Assembly (NCBI GenBank): GCA_949292875.1 | Contig: CASFBJ010000009.1 | Location: 64,271 to 128,270, forward strand | Reading direction: 5' to 3' | DNA: 64,000 nucleotides | DNA from: an uncultured Christensenella sp. | GTDB lineage: Bacteria; Bacillota; Clostridia; Christensenellales; UBA1242 | Part shown: one piece after another, positions 35,679-42,346 of the stretch | How positions within the stretch are numbered: position 1 is the stretch's first letter | Layout of the letters: every line of letters begins with the position of its first letter | The notes under the pieces: generated by a model | The model's database searches: none | What the model was told of the DNA's origin: nothing | What the model saw: the letters and a program-made list of their open reading frames with translations, nothing else | Position numbers and translations under genes: made by a program

Positions 35679-35711
35679 AAAATAGACTGAATTAATTCAG
35701 TCTATTTTTTA
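35677..35711 (+). terminator. intrinsic terminator after 33423-35678
   Basis: Perfect palindrome atagactgaatt / aattcagtctat followed by TTTTTT. Confidence 0.8.
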
Positions 35712-35771
35712 TTGGTAAAAGTAAACCACAAGCAGTGCTTGTGGTTCCAAAGGGCTTTAGCTTTGCATATC

Positions 35772-35838
35772 AAAAACCTCCTATGCTAAAATTTAATTGA
35801 AGTTTCGCCACTTTAATTAAATAGCATAGGAGGTTTTT
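35772..35838 (+). promoter_or_regulatory. SD-sequestering stem-loop in the IS200 tnpA leader
   Basis: aaaaacctcctatgct (35772-35787) pairs with agcataggaggttttt (35823-35838). The inner arms atttaattgaagt / actttaattaaat extend the stem. The AGGAGG SD lies in the 3' arm. Confidence 0.8.
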
Positions 35839-35843
35839 GTCTA

Positions 35844-36320
35844 ATGAACATAGACATAGATAGTTTAGCGCATACAAAAGCGAATTGCAAGTATCACGTA
35901 GTTTTTGCACCAAAATATAGAAGGCAAATAATATACGGGAAAATTAAAAAAGACATTGGAATAATGTTAAGAAAATTGTGTCAATACAAAGGGGTGGAGA
36001 TAATAGAAGCAGAGGCATGTCCTGACCATGTGCATATGCTTTTACAAATACCACCGAAGTATAGTGTTGCACAAATAATGGGATATTTAAAAGGAAAAAG
36101 TAGTTTAATGATTTTCGAAAAATATGCGAATTTAAAATATAAATATGGAAGCAGGCATTTCTGGTGTAGAGGATATTACGTAGATACAGTTGGGAAGAAT
36201 AAGAAAGCAATACAGGAATATATAAGGAAACAATTAAGCGAAGATATAAACTACGAGCAATTAACAATGCGAGAAATAATAGACCCGTTTACGGGTGAGC
36301 CAGTAAAAGGGAACAAATAA
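35844..36320 (+). CDS. tnpA: IS200/IS605-family Y1 (HUH) transposase TnpA
   Basis: ..CKYHVVFAPKYRR..IYG.., PDHVHMLLQIPPKYSV (HUH) and SRHFWCRGYYVDTVG (catalytic Tyr region). 158 aa. Confidence 0.93.
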   Translation: MNIDIDSLAHTKANCKYHVVFAPKYRRQIIYGKIKKDIGIMLRKLCQYKGVEIIEAEACPDHVHMLLQIPPKYSVAQIMGYLKGKSSLMIFEKYANLKYKYGSRHFWCRGYYVDTVGKNKKAIQEYIRKQLSEDINYEQLTMREIIDPFTGEPVKGNK

Positions 36321-36449
36321 AAAAAAGCCCCTTAAGGGGCAGTTAGTGAAAGTCGAGCAAGAGGCGGAACTTCACCAAACGTTCACGATTATGCTGCAAC
36401 ATGCCCTAAGGGGGCAAGTGCAAACTACCGGCTTAGCCGGTAGTTTTGA

Positions 36450-37889
36450 TTATTCCGGTATTACGCTAACTGCATAATTTATAAATTCTTGTAATGTCAA
36501 ATCTTCAAGTTTTTTAGTAACAGGACCGCCATCACTAGTTATGGTAATATCTTTATCTTTTTTAGCATCATAATTTTCAATGATAATTATTTCTCTATTT
36601 ACTAGTTCTTTTAGTTGTTTGTTAAATATAAGACCATTAAGTGTATTTATTTTTGTTTCTAAATCTATTATTTTAGGTCCATTTTCGTTAGTTGAATCTG
36701 TTTCAAAAAGCAAACCTAATACACCTTTATAACTATCCATTGTTCCATCATTATTTGAATCATAATCAAATTCTTCTAAATCAATTATGTTTCCTAATCT
36801 CAAATTTTCTGTATCTGAATTTAGCGAATTTAGTGTACTATTTTGTAATGCTTGTAAAATCTTTGGTGAAGAAGAAGTGATGCCTATAATTTCTCCTAGT
36901 GTTAAACTATTTAAATTAGCATTAGTCAAATCTCCTAAAGTCCAATTTCTATCTCTAATTGCGCCAAATATACCTGTAGCAGATGAGTCAATATTAAGTA
37001 TAGTGCTAAGGTTTAATGTACTAAAATTTGTAGAAACTTTTAAATCTTTTAAAGTCCAATTTTTTTCGTATATTGCTTTTAATACGCCTGTAGCAGTATT
37101 ATCTAACTCTAGGATATCATTAATAGATAAATCGTCAAAAGTATTGTCTTTTTTTAGTTCTCCCATTGTTAAATCTTTGCTATATAATGCTCCTAATACA
37201 CCTGTAGAAGTAGAAGTTAGTCCTAAAAGTTGATTAACTTCCATTGAATCTAATGCAGTATCCATTTTTTCTTCGTTGCTAATATCTTCAATGTTAAGAT
37301 TTTTTATAGAGTTGTAAAATGTATTTAATAAGTCATTTCCAAAGTTTTTATCTGCTTCAAATATTGTGTAAATTTTTTCTTTTTGGAATGATTTAAAAAA
37401 TGTTTCTATACTTGTGTTTTTGTATTTTTGAGAAAAAGCAGAGTCTGGTAAATTTTCATTAATTGCTTTTAGTATATCATTGTAAATTACACCAAATGTA
37501 ATTTTGTTTTTAATTTGCCCTAATTTAGAAATTGCAACGCTTGGTGTAGAATTCAATATATCGGCAAAAACGCTTTGTCCTAAGTCAACTATTTTCCCAT
37601 TTATAGTAAGTCTTAAATTACTCTTAATGCTTCCATTAAGTAATTTATTGTCTAGTTCGCTTACTGTACTGTTTGCTAGTGTGCCTATTTCACTAATTAA
37701 ATCTTTTATAGGTTTATCATTATAATCTCCTATATCTATAATTTCTTGTCCAGTTAATTGCTCTAGTTTATTTATGCTTAAGTTATTATAAGCCCAAAAT
37801 CCGGCTGCAGCGACTCCGCCTAGTGCAATAACAATACCTATAAAAACGCCTATAAAAACCATTAATGTTGACTTGCAACCACTTTTCAT
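36450..37889 (-). CDS. hypothetical N-terminally anchored surface protein with ~38-aa tandem repeats
   Basis: AAGAGG SD and the TM/signal segment MVFIGVFIGIVIALGGVAAAGFWAYNNL. Four repeats follow (..ATGVLKAIYEKNWTLKDLK..). The stop codon directly abuts the right end of the IS200. Confidence 0.75.
   Translation of the reverse strand: MKSGCKSTLMVFIGVFIGIVIALGGVAAAGFWAYNNLSINKLEQLTGQEIIDIGDYNDKPIKDLISEIGTLANSTVSELDNKLLNGSIKSNLRLTINGKIVDLGQSVFADILNSTPSVAISKLGQIKNKITFGVIYNDILKAINENLPDSAFSQKYKNTSIETFFKSFQKEKIYTIFEADKNFGNDLLNTFYNSIKNLNIEDISNEEKMDTALDSMEVNQLLGLTSTSTGVLGALYSKDLTMGELKKDNTFDDLSINDILELDNTATGVLKAIYEKNWTLKDLKVSTNFSTLNLSTILNIDSSATGIFGAIRDRNWTLGDLTNANLNSLTLGEIIGITSSSPKILQALQNSTLNSLNSDTENLRLGNIIDLEEFDYDSNNDGTMDSYKGVLGLLFETDSTNENGPKIIDLETKINTLNGLIFNKQLKELVNREIIIIENYDAKKDKDITITSDGGPVTKKLEDLTLQEFINYAVSVIPE
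36777..37229 (-). repeat. four tandem ~38-aa repeats within CDS 36450-37889
   Basis: STSTGVLGALYSKDLTMGELKKDNTFDDLSINDILELD / NTATGVLKAIYEKNWTLKDLKVSTNFSTLNLSTILNID / SSATGIFGAIRDRNWTLGDLTNANLNSLTLGEIIGIT / SSSPKILQALQNSTLNSLNSDTENLRLGNIIDL. Confidence 0.8.
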
Positions 37890-38006
37890 ATACTACATAC
37901 CTCTTAAATATAATAATCACATTATATCACACAGGCTAAACATGTGTAAAGAAAAAAAATGTATAAAGTTAAAATATTTGTCTTATTTTTTATTTATTTA
38001 GATTAT

Positions 38007-38642
38007 TTATTTTTTTATTGTTTTTTTAGCAACTTTAGTAGCTTTGCTTTGTTTGAATATAAGTCCGTATAAAAAGTATAGTATAACAATGTATATCGCT
38101 ATGCCAATAAGAATATATTTAAAGTCAATTGAAATTACTGCATTTTCTGAAATTCCTAAAACTCTTGAGGCAGACAAAGAATCTGTTATTTGTATAGAGT
38201 TTATATTGTATAAAAGCCACAATCCTCCTACAAATATAAATGTAAGTGGTACAGATGTAAGTATTAATCTTATCTTTAAGTTTTGCTTTAAGAAAAGTTT
38301 TACAGTAAGATATATACCTGTAATTTGTGCAATAACAAAAAGAACGATGCCTATAGTTCTAGTAGTTGTAAAATTGTATCCTATTCCACTTGCGTAAGAA
38401 AAACCATTTAATAGATCTCCAATGAAAAATAGAAATGCTATGTTTGTGCCAATGTTTAAAATAAGAATTATACTATCAATTATTTTGATAATTTTTTCTT
38501 TTTTTCTTATGTCTTCATCACTGATAAAATGAATATTTTCTTTATTTGCTATCTTTACTTTTTCTTTGCTTTTTAAAGTTGATGGTGTATCCTTATTTTT
38601 ACTTGTAAAAGAAAAGTTTTTTTCATGAATTGTTTTTTTCAT
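38007..38642 (-). CDS. hypothetical polytopic membrane protein
   Basis: I prefer ATG 38642 (GGAGG 5 nt upstream) over the GTG at 38654. It has a basic N-terminus followed by ~5 hydrophobic helices. Confidence 0.65.
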   Translation of the reverse strand: MKKTIHEKNFSFTSKNKDTPSTLKSKEKVKIANKENIHFISDEDIRKKEKIIKIIDSIILILNIGTNIAFLFFIGDLLNGFSYASGIGYNFTTTRTIGIVLFVIAQITGIYLTVKLFLKQNLKIRLILTSVPLTFIFVGGLWLLYNINSIQITDSLSASRVLGISENAVISIDFKYILIGIAIYIVILYFLYGLIFKQSKATKVAKKTIKK

Positions 38643-38806
38643 TTTTTCCTCCACTACTTAATCTTATTATGGCGGAAAAGTGATAAAAAATGTAACTTTT
38701 TTTATTTTATAAAAAAATTAGTATATTCATCTTTACTTTTATCACTATTTAATATATAATATTAAATGTTTAATCAAAGCGAATACAAAATATATAAGGA
38801 GCAAAA

Positions 38807-39760
38807 ATGAATATAAGCGTGCTAGGTTGTGGAAGATGGGGCTCTTTTATTGCTTATTATCTTTCTAAAAATAATAATGTGACATTGTGGGGAAGAAAAG
38901 AAGGAAAATCATTTTGCTTATTAAAAGAAAAAAGAAAAAATGAATACTTATCTTTACCTGAAAATATTTTATTAACTGACGACTTAGAACTTGCTTTAAA
39001 AAGTGAAATCGTTGTAGTTTCTATATTAACTCAGGAATTAGATAGTTTTTTAAAGTTAGTTGTTAGATATCCTCATGATAAACAAAAATTTGTATTTTGT
39101 ATGAAAGGTGTAGAAAGTGATACTGGAAGAACCTTGACTCAAATAGCTATTGCAAATGGCTTGCCTAAAGAAAATTTGGCTTTATGGGTAGGTCCCGGTC
39201 ATGTGCAAAACTTTTTACAAGGAATATCTAATTGTATGCTTATATCTGCATATGATAAAGAATTAACAGAAAACTTGGTAAAACTTTTTTCTACAGATTT
39301 AATAAGATTTTATTATGAAGATGATGTATTGGGTACCGAAATCGGTTCCGCTACAAAAAATGTTGTAGGTATTATGTCTGGGATTTTAGATGGACTAAAT
39401 TGGGGTTGCCTTAAAGGTGCATTGATGACTAGAGCAACTTATGAAGTTTCTCAGTTAATTACTGCTATGGGGGGTAATTTCCAAACTGTATATGGTTTAA
39501 GTCATTTAGGTGATTATGAAGCTACATTATTTTCACCATTTTCAAGAAATAGAATGTATGGTGAGTATATAGTCAATGGGCAACATTATAATAAAAGCGC
39601 TGAGGGTGTAGGAAATACTAAAGGTATTGCTAAGCTCGCAAGAGAGTATAATATAGATATGCCTTTAACTTTTGCTTTAGAAAAAATTTTATTTGAAAAT
39701 GCAGATATTAAACAAGAAATAAAAAAACTATTTGATAGACCGCAAAAGTATGAGTTTTGA
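38807..39760 (+). CDS. gpsA: NAD(P)H-dependent glycerol-3-phosphate dehydrogenase
   Basis: VLGCGRWGS (Rossmann), VTLWGR, GPGHV, G.EIGSATKNVVGI..GI.DGL, GD..ATLFSPFSRNR..G and AEGV. Confidence 0.85.
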   Translation: MNISVLGCGRWGSFIAYYLSKNNNVTLWGRKEGKSFCLLKEKRKNEYLSLPENILLTDDLELALKSEIVVVSILTQELDSFLKLVVRYPHDKQKFVFCMKGVESDTGRTLTQIAIANGLPKENLALWVGPGHVQNFLQGISNCMLISAYDKELTENLVKLFSTDLIRFYYEDDVLGTEIGSATKNVVGIMSGILDGLNWGCLKGALMTRATYEVSQLITAMGGNFQTVYGLSHLGDYEATLFSPFSRNRMYGEYIVNGQHYNKSAEGVGNTKGIAKLAREYNIDMPLTFALEKILFENADIKQEIKKLFDRPQKYEF

Positions 39761-39781
39761 TTAATATAAAAGGAGATAAAT

Positions 39782-40354
39782 ATGAATATAGATGTAACAA
39801 TGAAAAATGTATGGCATAGTATAGATGATAATAGAATAAATCCTGATGATTTTATAGTGTGTATAGAAATTCCAAAGGGAAGTAAGAAAAAATACGAATT
39901 AGATAAAAAATCTGGTTTAATGATTTTAGATAGAATACTTTCTACAAGTACTAGATACCCTGCAAATTATGGGTTCATACCTAAGACAATAAGTGATGAC
40001 GGAGATCCATTAGATGTTATGGTATTATCTAGTGAAAGTATAGACCCTTTTGCACTTGTTAGATGTTATCCTATCGGTGTAGTTACAATGATAGACGGCG
40101 GTGAAAAAGATGATAAAATCATTGCTATTCCATTTAAGGATCCACTATATAACTATTATCAAGATATAGATACCTTACCTAAACATATAATAGATGAGAT
40201 TATTCACTTTTTGAAAGTATATAAGAATCTTGAAGAAACTGTAACAGAAGTTTCTCCGATAAAAGGATTAGATGATGCTTTAGCTGCTATAATTGAAGGT
40301 AAGGAAAAATATCAGTTTAAATTCAATATGCTTTCAAATGATGATAATAAATAA
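39782..40354 (+). CDS. ppa: family I inorganic pyrophosphatase
   Basis: IEIPKGSKKKYELDK.SG...DR.L.....YPANYGFIP.T..DDGDPLDV.VL and DDKIIA. Confidence 0.9.
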   Translation: MNIDVTMKNVWHSIDDNRINPDDFIVCIEIPKGSKKKYELDKKSGLMILDRILSTSTRYPANYGFIPKTISDDGDPLDVMVLSSESIDPFALVRCYPIGVVTMIDGGEKDDKIIAIPFKDPLYNYYQDIDTLPKHIIDEIIHFLKVYKNLEETVTEVSPIKGLDDALAAIIEGKEKYQFKFNMLSNDDNK

Positions 40355-40425
40355 AGTTTCATATTCATGTAGTAAATAAATTGAAAAATACGTTTAATTT
40401 ATGTTTTTATACATTTATGTTTTAT

Positions 40426-40463
40426 TTAATTTTAATTTTAAGCATTAAATAAAAATTAAAATT
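40426..40463. repeat. AT-only palindromic element, copy C
   Basis: ttaattttaattttaa (40426-40441), a gcattaaat loop, then aaaaattaaaatt (40451-40463). Confidence 0.6.
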
Positions 40464-40585
40464 GAAGTTAATATAAATTAAGCAATATTAAAATTAAAAA
40501 ATTTTTGACTTAAATGCGTTTAAAGATTTGGTCAAAATTTTTTTTTATAATATAATTATAAAGAGGTTAAAGGAGGTTGTAACAA

Positions 40586-40996
40586 ATGAAAAAATCTACT
40601 AGAAAAAAGATTGAAAAATCTATAAAGAAAACTCATCCATTGACTACAATACTTATTATAGGTTTTCTTTTAATTGGAATAGGTTTAGGTTTTTTTACTC
40701 ATAACTATTTAACTAAAAACGATATGTTTGAAGTGAATGGAGAGAAATACATTGTCTTGCAAGTTGGAGATGTATATGAGTATGTGGAAGAAGGTGCAAA
40801 AGCTGTTGCTTATGGCAAAGATATAACTAGTGAAATAAAAGTTGAATATGTTGGCTTTGAGTTAAATGACAATGGGAAATGTGTCATAGATACTGCAAAA
40901 CCAAATGAATACTGTGTTATATATACTGTAGACAACTACAAGTACAAAAATATACAAAGAATAAAGTACATATCTGTAGTAGAGGAGGAAAAGTAA
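40586..40996 (+). CDS. hypothetical N-terminally TM-anchored small protein (possible Ig-like ectodomain)
   Basis: AAAGGAGG SD, a basic N-terminus and one TM segment. The ~90-aa beta-rich ectodomain loosely resembles bacterial Ig-like domains. It is adjacent to the MBL gene (1-nt gap). Confidence 0.6.
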   Translation: MKKSTRKKIEKSIKKTHPLTTILIIGFLLIGIGLGFFTHNYLTKNDMFEVNGEKYIVLQVGDVYEYVEEGAKAVAYGKDITSEIKVEYVGFELNDNGKCVIDTAKPNEYCVIYTVDNYKYKNIQRIKYISVVEEEK

Positions 40997-40997
40997 A

Positions 40998-42110
40998 ATG
41001 AAGATGAGTGTATGGAAAACAATACTTTTTTCTCTGCTAGCTGTAATAGTTGGATTTTGTATTACATTTGTAGTTGCAGATGTTGTGGCTCAATCTAATC
41101 TTAAAACTGATTATCAAAAATCTGTAGGCGTGCAATTTCATTTTTTGGAATTAGGTAATAAGTATACCGGAGATTGCATATATATAAAGTCTGGCGATAC
41201 AGATATAATAGTAGATGCTGGTTCTAGGTCCGATAGCGTATCAACAATAAAAAGTTATCTAGATAATTATGTTTTAGACGGAAAGATAGAGTACGCTATA
41301 ATAACTCATGCAGATAGAGACCATATCGCTGGGTTTGCTGGTACAACTGCGGAAAATTCTTCACTTTTTGATTTGTATGAATTTGAAACAATTATAGATT
41401 TTCCACTTACTAACTCAAATACTGATACATATCATAAGTATATAGAAAAAAGAGATGCAGAGGTAAGGCAAGGTGCGACACACTATAACGCATTACAATG
41501 TTATAATGAAGAAAATGGTGCAAAAAGAAAGTATGAAATATCTCAAGGTGTAGAACTAGAAATTTTGTATAATTATTATTATGAAAACAAGTCTAGTGAT
41601 GAAAACAATTATTCTGTATGTTTTATGATTAACCAGGAAGACAAACACTTCTTATTCACTGGCGACTTAGAAGAAAAAGGTGAAGAATACTTAGTACAAA
41701 AGAATAGTTTACCTGAAGTAGAACTTTTTAAAGCAGGACATCATGGTTCAAAAACAAGTAATAATGATATTTTGTTAAATGTTATTAAACCTAAAATAGT
41801 AGCTGTTACATGTAGTGCGGGAAGTATAGAATATACTCAAAATTTGGATAATACTTTTCCAACTCAGTTAATGATAGATAGAGTGGCAAAATACACTGAT
41901 AAGGTATATGTTACAACGGAAGCAATATTAGAATATGACGAAAGTAAAAATGAATATAAGCAAGTAGGATATAAACCAATGAATGGAAATATAGTTGTAA
42001 CTTCTGCTTTTGGTGAAGTTAAGGTAGAATGCTCTAACAATAATATTTTGCTAAAAGACACTGAATGGTTTAAAGAATATAGAACAATGCCTAATGAGTG
42101 GAAAAATTAA
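40998..42110 (+). CDS. membrane-anchored metallo-beta-lactamase-fold protein, ComEC C-terminal-domain-like
   Basis: N-terminal TM segment, then GDCIYIKSGDTDIIVDAGS, ITHADRDHIAGF (HxHxDH-type), FTGDLE and FKAGHHGSKTSN, as in the ComEC/Rec2 MBL domain. Confidence 0.75.
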   Translation: MKMSVWKTILFSLLAVIVGFCITFVVADVVAQSNLKTDYQKSVGVQFHFLELGNKYTGDCIYIKSGDTDIIVDAGSRSDSVSTIKSYLDNYVLDGKIEYAIITHADRDHIAGFAGTTAENSSLFDLYEFETIIDFPLTNSNTDTYHKYIEKRDAEVRQGATHYNALQCYNEENGAKRKYEISQGVELEILYNYYYENKSSDENNYSVCFMINQEDKHFLFTGDLEEKGEEYLVQKNSLPEVELFKAGHHGSKTSNNDILLNVIKPKIVAVTCSAGSIEYTQNLDNTFPTQLMIDRVAKYTDKVYVTTEAILEYDESKNEYKQVGYKPMNGNIVVTSAFGEVKVECSNNNILLKDTEWFKEYRTMPNEWKN

Positions 42111-42346
42111 AAAATTGAAAAAATGATTTTTTAAAAAAATGACAATTTTTAGTAAATTATTTTTATAAAATTTCATAAACTGCTTGCAAATACGATTAGT
42201 TTACAAATTTTTTACAAAAAAATATTTTTGAAAATCATAAAAATTAAAAAAATCATTTTTATAAAATGTTAAAAAATGTTTGACATTTGTATGGTGCTAG
42301 ATGTAAGTTTAAAATGTAAAATTTAAATTTTGAAGGAGAACAAAAA

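Larger units (their letters stand above)
35712..36449 (+). mobile_element. IS200-group insertion sequence (IS200/IS605 family, tnpA only), ~740 bp
   Basis: It carries a Y1 transposase gene. The subterminal hairpins are aaccacaagc-agt-gcttgtggtt (35724-35746) on the left and aaactaccggc-tta-gccggtagttt (36422-36446) on the right. A long stem occludes the SD (35772-35838). GC content is visibly higher than the flanks. The exact ends were not determined. Confidence 0.85.

Noticed and set aside
36320-36449. The IS200 right arm as a TnpB-guide (omega-RNA-like) locus.
   Set aside because: There is no tnpB/iscB ORF in or next to the element. The structured GC-rich arm is adequately explained as transposase-recognition and terminator hairpins, and an sRNA remains only a possibility.
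42270-42310. Candidate NrdR box around acatttgtatggtgctagatgt.
   Set aside because: It matches the acaCwAtATaTwGtgt consensus at only the first three of the thirteen positions I checked, and it has no tandem partner at the ~31-bp spacing.
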